Positions 39,172 through 49,362 of a DNA stretch of 64,000 nucleotides are shown here, in pieces. Origin of the DNA: an uncultured Candidatus Sumerlaeota bacterium (lineage in GTDB: Bacteria; CAYMEV01); the NCBI GenBank assembly GCA_964389675.1, contig CAYMEV010000001.1, positions 220,539 through 284,538 of the forward strand, read 5' to 3'. A program made the translations under genes and the position numbers. Below the pieces are notes generated by a model. That model did no database searches and was not told where the DNA came from. It saw only the letters and a program-made list of their open reading frames with translations. Each line of letters begins with the position of its first letter. The first letter of the stretch is position 1.

Positions 39172-41103
39172 TTAATTCTCCATTATATACTTCATCAGCG
39201 CATTGTTTGTCCTGACATCCAGATCTTTCCTGGCAAAATCAAACCATGCCCTGTAAATCTCAAAGCCTCTTGATTTAACAAGCGAATCATCCAGTTCCTC
39301 CCTCTTTTCGTCAAACATGTCGATCTCCGGCTGACTGCTGTCTGCAAGGTAATATAATGTATACTGTCCTGTATCAGGCTTGGAGACAGGCCCATAGACT
39401 TCATCCTCATTGATCTGGAAAAGCTCAAGGACCTTATCCTTGTCATCTATGCCGGGAACATTGCTCCCAGCTGTCAGTTTTCCCGTTTCTTTCTTTTCAA
39501 GCTTAAGATCAGGAAAAATTGTATTTATTTCATCCAGTGATACACCGTCTGCAAGGAGCTGCTGAACCTTCTGCGCCCTTTCAAGTGCAAGCTCTTTTGC
39601 TTTTTCCTTCTTATAATCCTCAGTAACTCTCTTGAGTGTATCTTCATGATCAAGCCCCGGGATATGAGGTTCAATAACCTCTTTTACCGCAAAGACATAA
39701 TACATGTTCCTTACATTTACAGGGCTTGAGACAGCGTTTACATCTGTCAGGAATGCCTGTTCCACCAGCTCTTTAGCATACCCAATGCCGGGGATTGTCT
39801 GTTTATTGAAAAATGGCTCTGATGTATTATATCTGATTTTTAATGAGTCAGCCTTGCTGATAAACTCTTCCCTGGCTATAAGGCCTGATGCAAATTCTTC
39901 TGCTTCTTTCCCCGCTATCCTGTCAGCCTTTATAGACCTGAGTTTGGCGTCTATCCTTGGGCTTGCTTCCTCAAAGCTCAGCATAGCCTCCTCTTTCCTG
40001 TCGGTAACCTTTATAATATGAAATCCGAATGATGTTTCAACAGGATCGCTTATCTGGCCTGTCTTCAGCGAGAAGGCAGCTTCCTCGAAGGCTTCGACCA
40101 TCTTGCCCCTGCCAAAATAACCAAGGTCTCCTGATTTTTCCTTTGTGCCGGGATCCTCAGAATACATCCTTGCGAGCAGGCCGAAATCTGCACCTTCATC
40201 AAGCTCCTTCTTTATTTCAAGGGCCTTTTGAAGCTTATTCTGCCTGTCTTCAGGATCCTGCTGATTTACCCTGAAGAGAATATGGGAAGCCTTTACCTGT
40301 TCCTCCTGCTTGAATTCTTCCCTGTGGCTGAGATAGTATTCGTTAAGAAGGTCCCTGGCATTTTCAACCTCGCCTTCATGTGACTTCGGGTCAAATGCTA
40401 TATATTCTATGACCCTCTGTTCCGGAAGCTCATAATTCATTTTATTTGCTTCAAAATACTCAGCTATCTCTTCCTCAGTATATTCGACGCTTTCAGTCAG
40501 GTTCCTGCTGTTAACAGCAATATAGGCAAACTGCCTCGTGGTATTGTCGTAGATATACTTCTGAAGAGAATCAGCCCTTGAGGGAATAACAGTATACTGA
40601 AAATAGTTATTAAGCTTCTGGGCCAGAAGCCCCCTCTGGAGTCCGCCTTCAAACTCTGAGACTGAAAGGTTGTTCATCTTAAGCAGCTGCAGATAGATAT
40701 CCCTGCCCAGAAAATTGCCTTCCTCGTCCTGAAGCTCAGGTATCTCCATTATTGCATTGCTGAGCTCTTGATCTTCCACAGTAAAACCGGCCTTCTTTGA
40801 AAGGGCGGCTTTTTCAGCCTCTTCTATGACCCCGCTAAGGGCGGACTGCTTAAGGTTAAGCTGTTCGACCATTTGAGGAGAGAACTGTTCCCCGTACATT
40901 TCAGAATAAAAAGAGACCATTCTTCTGTATGCCAGCTCAAAATCAGAAAAGCTTACCTCTATTCCTTCAACCGATTTGATTATATTATTGGGAAGGCCCC
41001 CCAGCTGGCTGATACCGCCCACTCCCCACAGCACAAAGCTCAGGATGATGATCCAGAGTATCCAGTGCAGCTTCTTTATGTTTGACCTAATAGACTTCAG
41101 CAT
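39172..41103 (-). CDS. ppiD: PpiD-like membrane-anchored chaperone (SurA-N plus parvulin)
   Basis: N-terminal TM; ASHIL…SED…GDLG…FGFHII motifs. Confidence 0.85.
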   Translation of the reverse strand: MLKSIRSNIKKLHWILWIIILSFVLWGVGGISQLGGLPNNIIKSVEGIEVSFSDFELAYRRMVSFYSEMYGEQFSPQMVEQLNLKQSALSGVIEEAEKAALSKKAGFTVEDQELSNAIMEIPELQDEEGNFLGRDIYLQLLKMNNLSVSEFEGGLQRGLLAQKLNNYFQYTVIPSRADSLQKYIYDNTTRQFAYIAVNSRNLTESVEYTEEEIAEYFEANKMNYELPEQRVIEYIAFDPKSHEGEVENARDLLNEYYLSHREEFKQEEQVKASHILFRVNQQDPEDRQNKLQKALEIKKELDEGADFGLLARMYSEDPGTKEKSGDLGYFGRGKMVEAFEEAAFSLKTGQISDPVETSFGFHIIKVTDRKEEAMLSFEEASPRIDAKLRSIKADRIAGKEAEEFASGLIAREEFISKADSLKIRYNTSEPFFNKQTIPGIGYAKELVEQAFLTDVNAVSSPVNVRNMYYVFAVKEVIEPHIPGLDHEDTLKRVTEDYKKEKAKELALERAQKVQQLLADGVSLDEINTIFPDLKLEKKETGKLTAGSNVPGIDDKDKVLELFQINEDEVYGPVSKPDTGQYTLYYLADSSQPEIDMFDEKREELDDSLVKSRGFEIYRAWFDFARKDLDVRTNNALMKYIMEN

Positions 41104-41241
41104 AGTATATATCTCCCGGTAAATTGATTTTTATGACTTTGTCATTTGTTTCCTATGATCGTTTGCAGCATAGATAAGCTATTCTATTTACTGGAGTAAA
41201 ATTGTCAATAATAATAAGAGCCTGGATAATATCCCGGGGCC

Positions 41242-42048
41242 CTACCACATAAGGCTGATATTGCCTTCGTGGTCAGTTCTCAATACTACCGGGACAGCTT
41301 CATTTATTCTTTTGATGCAGTTGTCATCAGGATAATTATATACTGAAGGGCCTGTGCTTATGATAACTGCCCTGGGGGATACAGCATCTATGAATTTATC
41401 GTAGAAGGCCTTCCCGGAACAATGGTGGGGCATTTTTATCGCATCGCAGGCCAGATATTCCGCACTGTAATTTTCAAGCAGGTATTTCTGAGCCTCAGCA
41501 GTTATATCTCCAGTCAGCATAAGCTTCTTTTTGCCCTTGTGCAGGATCATAACAAGGGACCTGTCATTAAGGTCGGAATTCTGTTTAAGGAATTGATCAT
41601 CCGGGTGTATGACCTCCAGAGAAAAATTTTCAAATTCAAACATGTCCCCTTTTCTAAGCGTTTTAAGAACCTTGCCGGATTCATTGACCGCTGAGACAGT
41701 CCTGTAATAATCATCATTCTCATATATATCTCCGTTACAATAGATGAATTCAGTCTCAACAAGGTCAAGCACTTTCACTATACCGAAGAAATGGTCGGGA
41801 TGCGGATGCGTGACCATTAGAATATCAGCAGGCTTTTCCTTTTCAGCAAGATAGGACCTGAGCTTATCACCCCCGGAAACATCGCCTGCATCAACCACAA
41901 TAAGGACATCCTCGCCCTCAATAACAATGCAGTCGCCATGGCCGACATCAAGAAATGTAATGGAAAGTGAAAAGGCAATCCCGGAAAAAATGAGCATGAT
42001 GAAGGAGAAATAAATAAATGTATCTGCTATGAACATCCCTTTCCTCAT
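41242..42048 (-). CDS. ComEC-type metallo-beta-lactamase-fold hydrolase, stand-alone and exported
   Basis: DVGHGD, THPHPDH, NDRS, TGD and PHH motifs. Confidence 0.85.
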   Translation of the reverse strand: MRKGMFIADTFIYFSFIMLIFSGIAFSLSITFLDVGHGDCIVIEGEDVLIVVDAGDVSGGDKLRSYLAEKEKPADILMVTHPHPDHFFGIVKVLDLVETEFIYCNGDIYENDDYYRTVSAVNESGKVLKTLRKGDMFEFENFSLEVIHPDDQFLKQNSDLNDRSLVMILHKGKKKLMLTGDITAEAQKYLLENYSAEYLACDAIKMPHHCSGKAFYDKFIDAVSPRAVIISTGPSVYNYPDDNCIKRINEAVPVVLRTDHEGNISLMW

Positions 42049-42147
42049 TTATCAGCTTTAATATCCCGTATCAATGAAGTATCGCAATAAAAACGCTGAA
42101 AGCTGATATTACTCAATAATTCCCTGTAATGTTTCATAATTGTTCGA

Positions 42148-42648
42148 TCACGCTACAGGTATAAGGATCTCAGCGCAGAAAACCCCTTTCTCAATGAACC
42201 TTTCAGCATCAAATATTATTACAGGTATGCCGGTCAGGACAGCATCCTTCCTCAGGAGATCTTCAAGCAGAAGCCTGTAGAAACTGATGAAACCGGTATG
42301 GTTTCCCTCGAAAGTCTCCTTTTTTACGCTGGAGCGGTCAAATATTCTTATATATAGCGGGGGAGTGCTTTTTACAAACCTGTCAACAATAACACCTATT
42401 GTGATTTCTGCATTATCCAGGCTGCCGCCTTCATCAGGCAGATTGTATATAAGGATGAATGCTTTCTCATCATCCCTCTTTTCTACTCTCCTGATAAAAT
42501 CTGATGCAAATTCTGAAAACAAAACTCCATCGCCCTTAAAATCAGCACATACAGCCTCAAACCCCTCCAGGGTAATATTTTCAGCGCTACTGACTGGAAA
42601 GAAAGCTAAAAGCATTACTGACAACAAGAAAAATACCCTGTTTACCAT
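42148..42648 (-). CDS. Exported hypothetical protein, possibly GyrI-like fold
   Basis: Signal peptide (…SSA); C-terminal EILIPV reminiscent of GyrI-like domains. Confidence 0.5.
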   Translation of the reverse strand: MVNRVFFLLSVMLLAFFPVSSAENITLEGFEAVCADFKGDGVLFSEFASDFIRRVEKRDDEKAFILIYNLPDEGGSLDNAEITIGVIVDRFVKSTPPLYIRIFDRSSVKKETFEGNHTGFISFYRLLLEDLLRKDAVLTGIPVIIFDAERFIEKGVFCAEILIPVA

Positions 42649-42859
42649 ACCATTTTATCCTGCGAACCTTATTTTTGAACAATATATCAGAATAATGAAA
42701 ATAAGGCAAAATTAAAAAGCTATCGGCACTATAAGCCCGGGCACCTTTTCCCATTGCTTTGCAGTTGAGATTTATCTCTTTAATTCTTTAGACATTCAAA
42801 CCGCTTTATGATATTAAATATGGACAGTTTTTTTATAATAAGAGTAATTATTTAAGTAA

Positions 42860-42938
42860 TTACCAGTGAAACTCGGTAAATATAAATATTTACCTGGAAA
42901 ATGCGGTAAATATTCTAATTACCAGTGAGAGGTGGAAA
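42860..42938. promoter_or_regulatory. Three tandem TTACC-N10-GGTAA inverted-repeat boxes
   Basis: Boxes at 42860-42879, 42890-42909 and 42919-42938 (last ends GGAAA); period 30 and 29 bp. Confidence 0.75.
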
Positions 42939-44314
42939 ATATGTTTAATGAACTTGAAAAGCTGCTGAAGCTTTTCCCGGACCATTACAGGGATATAAGG
43001 TATGAGAAGAACAGTACCGAATCAATATTCCTCCAGAACGGCAAGATAAGCCGTATCTCAAAAACAGGGTCTGAAGGAACTCATCTCAGGATACTGAGAA
43101 ACGGGGGCATGGCTGTTTTTTCAGCTACCAGCCTTGATGACATACAAAAAAACAGGGATAGCCTTATAAGAAATGCTGAAATTTCAGCCTCCAGAAAAAA
43201 GCGGAAAATAGTCTTTGAACCCCAGAAGCCTGTATCTGATGAAGTATTAATAGCATCAGAAAGAAATCCGCTCAATGTGACCATGGAAGAAAAACTTCAG
43301 CTTATGAAGCACTACTACCAGCTTCTGCAATCCGGCATAGACTGCATTACAATGTCAGCAGGCTTTAACCAGGAATTCTCAGACAGGCACTTCATGAACT
43401 CCGAAGGCTCCAGGATAAAGCAGAAACAGCTTTATTTATCCATGACTTTCAATACTTATATCAGGACAGATCATGGGGACCTCCAGAATCTTGCTGTCAC
43501 CATAGGCGGGAGTGATGACTACTCTGACCTTATCAGCCAGGAAGCTGTCCTGGAGGGCTATCTCTCCGAGCTTTCAAAGCTGAAGAAGGCCCGCCCCATT
43601 CCGGGAGGAAGGTTCAATGTGATACTGAATCCCCAGCTTGCCGGTGTATTTATACACGAAGCATTCGGGCATTTATCCGAAGCTGAGCATATATACTACA
43701 ATGAAGACCTCAAAAAAAGCCTGAAAATAGGTAACAGGATCGCCCCCCCCTTCCTCAATGTGATAGATGACCCCTCAATAAAGGGGGTTCCCGGCTATTA
43801 CAAGTATGATGATGAGGGGATATCAGGGAAAAAGACATACATTATAAAAGAAGGCATAGTAAACTCCTACTTAAATGACAGAGATTCAGCCCATTTCTTC
43901 GGCCAGGAGCTTACAGGGCACTGCAGGGCAAGGGATTATACAGCGACACCGATCATCCGTATGTCCAATATATACATTGATAAGGGGGAAAATACAGCTT
44001 CGGAGATATTCGACAGCCTTGATGACGGCTATTATTTGCTTAATGCAAAGGGGGGCCAGACAGTTGGAAACCATTTTACATTCGGGGCACAGTACGGCTA
44101 CAGGGTAGAAAACGGAAAAAAGAAGGAGATCGTAAAGGACATTAACATATCAGGAGAGCTTTTTTCAACCCTGATGAATATCAGGATGATAGCAGATGAT
44201 TTTGAATTTGATAAGCGGGGCGGATGCGGAAAGGACGGCCAGCTGATAAGCAAATCTGCGACAGGTTCTTCGCATATCAGGATAGACAATGTCGGGATAG
44301 GAGGCAAGCTTTAA
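42932..44314 (+). CDS. tldD: TldD metalloprotease, cytoplasmic (pair 2)
   Basis: HEAFGH, DDEG, RMSN and CGKDGQ motifs; start is GTG 42932 or ATG 42941. Confidence 0.9.
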   Translation: MENMFNELEKLLKLFPDHYRDIRYEKNSTESIFLQNGKISRISKTGSEGTHLRILRNGGMAVFSATSLDDIQKNRDSLIRNAEISASRKKRKIVFEPQKPVSDEVLIASERNPLNVTMEEKLQLMKHYYQLLQSGIDCITMSAGFNQEFSDRHFMNSEGSRIKQKQLYLSMTFNTYIRTDHGDLQNLAVTIGGSDDYSDLISQEAVLEGYLSELSKLKKARPIPGGRFNVILNPQLAGVFIHEAFGHLSEAEHIYYNEDLKKSLKIGNRIAPPFLNVIDDPSIKGVPGYYKYDDEGISGKKTYIIKEGIVNSYLNDRDSAHFFGQELTGHCRARDYTATPIIRMSNIYIDKGENTASEIFDSLDDGYYLLNAKGGQTVGNHFTFGAQYGYRVENGKKKEIVKDINISGELFSTLMNIRMIADDFEFDKRGGCGKDGQLISKSATGSSHIRIDNVGIGGKL

Positions 44315-45585
44315 TGGACAGAATTATAAAAGTATGCAAAACGCTGAGTCCCCGGTATGAAATACTGAGGATTGACAATGAAAAGACAAAGCTGAGGATA
44401 ACCAATAATAATCTTGAGAAGGTCTTCGGCGAGAACATCTCGCAGTACTGCATAAGGCTTATCAGGGACAACAGGATGACAATAACTACGATGGACGAGA
44501 ACCAGGACCCCTCGATCATTTCAGAAAACCTTGAAAACATTATAAGTTATGGCACCGAGGTAGATTTTGATTTTCCCGGCAGGCCTGTTGAGGTGACTGA
44601 GGACAAAAAGCTCCAATATTCATCGCAGGTACTGTCTGATAAGCTCTCTGAACCGATAAGGACCCTTGCAGAGCAGATCCCTGTATCTGAGATAAATGCC
44701 GGCATTTCACTGTCAAATTCAAAAAAGAGCATCATTAACAGTTCAGGCTTTAACGGCAGTTTTCAGACAGGAAAGATAAGCCAGAACTATTCAATATCCT
44801 TAAAAGGCACTAATGACAGGATATCAAGAAGCCTGTCCCTTAAAAGCATGTCGGATTTTCCCTCCCAGGCTCTTTCAGAGCTTATAGAACTTTACAGGGC
44901 TTCCCTCACAAGAAAGAAAATACCATCCGGAAACTACAGGGTCATATTTGCCCCAAATGCAATGTGGAGCCTTATATGGAGAATTACATCCGCAATAAGC
45001 GGGACCAACCTTCTCTATTCGCTTTCCCCTCTCAAGGATAAGGTAGAAAGCAGGGTATTTTCTGATCTGATAACAATACATGAGGACAATGAAGGCATAC
45101 CTTTTGATGACGAGGCGAACCCGACATCATCAAAGACCCTGTTTGACAGGGGAGTTTTCAAAGGCTTCATCTTTGACCTTTATACAGCTTCAAAGACAGG
45201 CAATCAGCCTACAGGTAACGGTTTCAAGTCAGGCTTCTGGTCAGCTTCCATTGATTCTCCCGTCTCGCCGGGCATTTCAAAAATAAGCTTTGAGAAGGGC
45301 ATGACGCCGAAATCAGAGCTCATGAACCAGGAAAAAGCCATACTCATCGAATCAGTTATCGGTGCTCACAGCGGCAATATCGTGCAGGGGCAGTATTCTA
45401 TGGGTATAAGCCTGGGGTTCCTGATAGAGAACGGGCAGATCACATCCATGATCGACGGTGCAATGATATCAGGCAATATCTATGAGGATTTCAACAGGGT
45501 GATAGGTATATCCGAAGAGCTCACAGACCTTGACAGGAGCAGTGTCCCCTATATACTTTTTGATAACCTTCCAGTAATACTGTAA
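44314..45585 (+). CDS. pmbA: PmbA/TldE protein (pair 2)
   Basis: ATG overlaps the tldD stop (TAATG); PFDDEA…GNG; no HExxxH. Confidence 0.82.
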   Translation: MDRIIKVCKTLSPRYEILRIDNEKTKLRITNNNLEKVFGENISQYCIRLIRDNRMTITTMDENQDPSIISENLENIISYGTEVDFDFPGRPVEVTEDKKLQYSSQVLSDKLSEPIRTLAEQIPVSEINAGISLSNSKKSIINSSGFNGSFQTGKISQNYSISLKGTNDRISRSLSLKSMSDFPSQALSELIELYRASLTRKKIPSGNYRVIFAPNAMWSLIWRITSAISGTNLLYSLSPLKDKVESRVFSDLITIHEDNEGIPFDDEANPTSSKTLFDRGVFKGFIFDLYTASKTGNQPTGNGFKSGFWSASIDSPVSPGISKISFEKGMTPKSELMNQEKAILIESVIGAHSGNIVQGQYSMGISLGFLIENGQITSMIDGAMISGNIYEDFNRVIGISEELTDLDRSSVPYILFDNLPVIL

Positions 45586-46307
45586 TGCCTGCCAGGCTGG
45601 ATACCCTTCTTTTCAGTAGGGGGCTTGTACCCTCAAGGGTACAGGCAAGGGATATGATCCTGGAGGGGAGGGTCAGGGTTAATGGCAGTATTGTCATAAC
45701 TCCCGGGAAAAAGGTCGATGAACTGTCCGAAATAGCCTTAGTGCCCACACCTGCTTTTGTATCAAGGTCAGGGAGGAAACTGGATCATTTCATTGGCCAG
45801 GCCGGGCTTTCACTGGCAGGAATGAGCGCCCTGGATGCAGGATCATCAACAGGCGGCTTTACTGATGTGCTATTAAGGCATGGCGTAAAAAGAATATACT
45901 GCATTGATACAGGAAGCAATCAGCTTCATGAAAGCCTGAGGAACGACCGGCGCATAATACTCATGGAAAACACCGATATAAGGGATGTGCAAGGATTGCC
46001 GGAAACTCTTGATTTTGCGGTGGCAGACCTTTCTTTCATATCGATAAGAAAAGCTGTCTATTCTATAAGCAGGCTTGTAAAACCCGGGGGGTTTATAATA
46101 GCCCTGATAAAGCCCCAGTTCGAATCAGAGAAGAGGCTTGTAACAGGCAGAGGGATACTTCCTTCAAGATACCATCCGGAGATAATTGATTCACTGAAAA
46201 ATTTCTTTGAAAAGAGCTTTAATATTTTGCTCACTGAAAAAAGCCTGATAAAGGGGAAAAACGGAAATACCGAATATTTCTTCCTTCTTGAAAAGATAAA
46301 GGAGTAA
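45585..46307 (+). CDS. tlyA: TlyA family rRNA methyltransferase
   Basis: S4 domain RLD; VSRSG.KL, GSSTGGFT, DLSFIS and KPQFE motifs. Confidence 0.92.
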   Translation: MPARLDTLLFSRGLVPSRVQARDMILEGRVRVNGSIVITPGKKVDELSEIALVPTPAFVSRSGRKLDHFIGQAGLSLAGMSALDAGSSTGGFTDVLLRHGVKRIYCIDTGSNQLHESLRNDRRIILMENTDIRDVQGLPETLDFAVADLSFISIRKAVYSISRLVKPGGFIIALIKPQFESEKRLVTGRGILPSRYHPEIIDSLKNFFEKSFNILLTEKSLIKGKNGNTEYFFLLEKIKE

Positions 46308-46320
46308 AGGGACCCTCTGG

Positions 46321-46782
46321 CTATTTTTCTTCATCTCCTGATATATCCGTAGCAGAGCCATCATATACACCATCCTCCTCCTCTGAAGAAAAGCTGAACG
46401 GACCTTTTACCACCCTGCCGCTGACATAGCCGGAGAAGCTCTTTCTGATAAAACGGATATAGAAATTCCTTGTAGCCGGAATGATCATGGTAAAACCCGC
46501 AAGATCAGTAAGGATTCCCGGGGTAAGAAGCATCAGCCCCCCGGCAAGGATCAGCAGGCCCCCTATCATATCATCAGCCGGGATCTTTCCCTTGTTCAGG
46601 CTTTCTTTGATCCTCGAGGCTGTGGCAAACCCCTGCTGCCTTGCAAGGAAAGCCCCCAGAGCACCTGTAAGGACCACGATGAGTATCGTATATAAGGCAC
46701 CTATGTTCCTGCCTATCTCTATGAGTATTGCAAGCTCAATCAGCGGTATTACCGAAAAAAGAAGAAACAGCCTGAAAAGCAT
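46321..46782 (-). CDS. fxsA: FxsA family membrane protein
   Basis: PLIELAIL…QG…LLTPGILTD pattern. Confidence 0.9.
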   Translation of the reverse strand: MLFRLFLLFSVIPLIELAILIEIGRNIGALYTILIVVLTGALGAFLARQQGFATASRIKESLNKGKIPADDMIGGLLILAGGLMLLTPGILTDLAGFTMIIPATRNFYIRFIRKSFSGYVSGRVVKGPFSFSSEEEDGVYDGSATDISGDEEK

Positions 46783-46895
46783 CCGGTTCTGGCTCCCTGT
46801 ATTTTAATTACTATGATTATAACGATACAGGAGCGGAAATGTTTGAACTTTTAATATTTACCAGCCCTCCCCCTGAACCCGTATTACCCGCTTTT

Positions 46896-48035
46896 TTAGC
46901 TGTCTGAGCCACTGCCTGGTTTTTCAGCCTTTTGGGCTGTGTTTTTCAGATGATCATACAGTATTTCTGATACAAATAGATGGCCATATTCATTATAGTG
47001 ATGGTTGATCTCACTGTTGAACTTCCTTTTATTTTCCATGTAGTCTTCTGCCATGTATCCTGTAAGGTCTATAAACTCGACATTATGCCTTTCACAGATG
47101 GATCCTGCCATTTCGTTCATCCAGGTTATCCTGCTTTCCGCGACGCTGGAGCTGTATATGGCCTCCCTCGGGCCGTCCATTATGAATATTACCCTTCTGT
47201 CACTGTTTTCCTGCGCTATCCTGCCGATTATATAGTCTGCGGCAATCATTACAGTTTCCTTTTCTTCCTCTGCTTTCCGGAAGAATATATTGCCTTCAAG
47301 ATCATCCCTCCTGTCCTTCCTGTCCCTTATCAAAGACCTTAACCTCAGATTAGAGTAAAAATAGCGTATAACTGCGCTGTTCTCAGATATGAACCTGATA
47401 AATGGCCTGTACTGGTAATGCGAATAGTCAGGTTCCGGCATAATCTCACTTATATCTCTGTCATCTGTTATGGAGAGCTGCATATAATAGCTCTGTATGG
47501 GATTAAGCTCATATACGCTCTCAACAAAATCATTATAGCAGATATTAAAGACCAGTATTTCAGGATCAAAGTGCTCTCTGACATACCTGCTTACATGAAG
47601 GTATTGCGAAAGCGGTGCCCCTCCCCTCCCGAATGCATAGACCTCGTATTCCGGCAGAAGCATCTCTCTTAGCAGGAAGGGGTATTTTCTGTCTGAATCG
47701 ACCTCCAGCGCTTCAATAAATGAATCGCCTATGACTGCAATAAGCTTCCTGCCTTCCTGAGGGTAATAATCGACAGGGTAATTCCACCCCATATTGTTTA
47801 CCCTCCACTCTGTCCTGATCTCTGCAAATTTTCCAATGGTGCACATGCCGGCCTCCGGCTTCCGGCTTAAGCGGAATATCTTTTCCGTTTCGTCAAAATA
47901 GCCTCTTGGCGGATTGTTTGCAGGTATAATAAAGCGGAAAAACAGCTCAAGAAAGACAAAAACTGCTATAATAGTCGGAAGCGTGACAAACAAAAGCCCT
48001 TTTATCAGCCTTAAAGCCTTTCCTTTCATCCTCAT
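46896..48035 (-). CDS. Membrane-anchored SGNH/GDSL-like hydrolase or acyltransferase
   Basis: N-terminal TM; GDSF, ND and HYNEYGH motifs. Confidence 0.75.
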   Translation of the reverse strand: MRMKGKALRLIKGLLFVTLPTIIAVFVFLELFFRFIIPANNPPRGYFDETEKIFRLSRKPEAGMCTIGKFAEIRTEWRVNNMGWNYPVDYYPQEGRKLIAVIGDSFIEALEVDSDRKYPFLLREMLLPEYEVYAFGRGGAPLSQYLHVSRYVREHFDPEILVFNICYNDFVESVYELNPIQSYYMQLSITDDRDISEIMPEPDYSHYQYRPFIRFISENSAVIRYFYSNLRLRSLIRDRKDRRDDLEGNIFFRKAEEEKETVMIAADYIIGRIAQENSDRRVIFIMDGPREAIYSSSVAESRITWMNEMAGSICERHNVEFIDLTGYMAEDYMENKRKFNSEINHHYNEYGHLFVSEILYDHLKNTAQKAEKPGSGSDS

Positions 48036-48159
48036 GCCGTTAATATCCCTTCCTTTTTTTAAGCTTTACCCGGTCAATGAAATATCAGGATCATTTCTAT
48101 ATATAACGGGGATATGCCCTTTACAAGAAAAAATAAATGAAAAAATAACCAGTTACCTG

Positions 48160-48217
48160 TTGACATGGATTTTCACCTGCATATAATGGTAACACTATTT
48201 GAAAATTCGTAACACTA
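48160..48217 (+). promoter_or_regulatory. Consensus sigma70 promoter with downstream GTAACACTA direct repeat
   Basis: TTGACA(48160)-N16-TATAAT(48182); GTAACACTA at 48189 and 48209. Confidence 0.75.
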
Positions 48218-48235
48218 ACGAGAGGGATATTCAGG

Positions 48236-49357
48236 ATGTTAAAGAAAAGAGTTTTCCTTTGCTGTTTTATGGTATTAACGGCATTGATCCCCTCCGGCTG
48301 CAAAAGCGATGAAAAGCCGGCGATGCCCGACAGTGCGGTATCAGTTAAGGACAGCCTGGGAAGGGAGCTTCAGATACCCGCTCAGGTATCTAATATAATA
48401 TGCTCAGGCCCGGGGGCACTGCGGTATATTACCTATATGCAGTGCCAGGGGAATGTCATTGCGGTGGACGATATGGAAAGAGACCTGGCCAGGTTCGAAG
48501 CAAGGCCATATGCATATGCAAATCCGGGCTATAAGGAGCTTCCGGTTTTCGGCGAATTCAGGGGTAATGACAACCCGGAGCTTATTGCAGCGCTGGACCC
48601 TCGCCCTGACCTGATCTTCAAGACCTTCAGCCAGATGGGGCATGATCCTTTAGAACTCCAGCAGAAGACCCAGGTCCCCGTATTTGTCCTCGAATATGGA
48701 GACCTTGGAGCAAACAGGCGGGATTTTTACCTTTCAATTGAGCAGATAGGCAGGATCATGAACAGGACAGAACGCGCAGAAAGCATAAAAAACTTTATAG
48801 ATGATATGATCAGCGACCTGGACTCAAGAACCAGGGGTATCACTGACCGCAGGACATGCTATATAGGAGGCATTGCCTACAGAGGGCCTCATGGCCTTCA
48901 GTCGACGGAACCAGGCTACCCTCCATTTGCTTTTATCAATACGCCAAATGCCTGCACAGGATCAAATGATAATGGCCCTGCCCACATGGATGTATCAAAG
49001 GAAAAGATCATAGAGTGGGACCCTGCAATTATTTTCATAGACCTTTCAACACTTCAGTCTGACCCCCGTGCAAATGCAATATATGAATTATCGCATGATG
49101 AAGCCTACAGATCTCTTCAGGCAGTAAAAAGCGGGTCTGTATACGGTGTTCTTCCATATAACTGGTATACACAGAATCATGGCTCTACACTGGCAAATGC
49201 CTGGTTTATCGGAAAGATCCTCTACCCTGAGCAGTTTGAGGATATCGACCCGATAGAAAAAGCTGATGAGATTTATACATTCCTGGTCGGAGTACCAGTT
49301 TTTGAAAAGATGGATGATGCATTCGGCAATATGGTCTATAAGAAGCTGGAGTTATAG
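48236..49357 (+). CDS. Metal-chelate ABC transporter substrate-binding lipoprotein (FecB/BtuF-like)
   Basis: Lipobox PSGC; DSLGR, NPELI…PDLI and EKIIEWDP motifs. Confidence 0.88.
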   Translation: MLKKRVFLCCFMVLTALIPSGCKSDEKPAMPDSAVSVKDSLGRELQIPAQVSNIICSGPGALRYITYMQCQGNVIAVDDMERDLARFEARPYAYANPGYKELPVFGEFRGNDNPELIAALDPRPDLIFKTFSQMGHDPLELQQKTQVPVFVLEYGDLGANRRDFYLSIEQIGRIMNRTERAESIKNFIDDMISDLDSRTRGITDRRTCYIGGIAYRGPHGLQSTEPGYPPFAFINTPNACTGSNDNGPAHMDVSKEKIIEWDPAIIFIDLSTLQSDPRANAIYELSHDEAYRSLQAVKSGSVYGVLPYNWYTQNHGSTLANAWFIGKILYPEQFEDIDPIEKADEIYTFLVGVPVFEKMDDAFGNMVYKKLEL

Positions 49358-49362
49358 AATAA

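Noticed and set aside
42860-42938. Mini-CRISPR array
   Set aside because: The 30-bp period is too short for repeat plus spacer, and there are no cas genes
45585-46307. Haemolysin or virulence factor
   Set aside because: TlyA with S4 and methyltransferase motifs is most simply an rRNA methyltransferase
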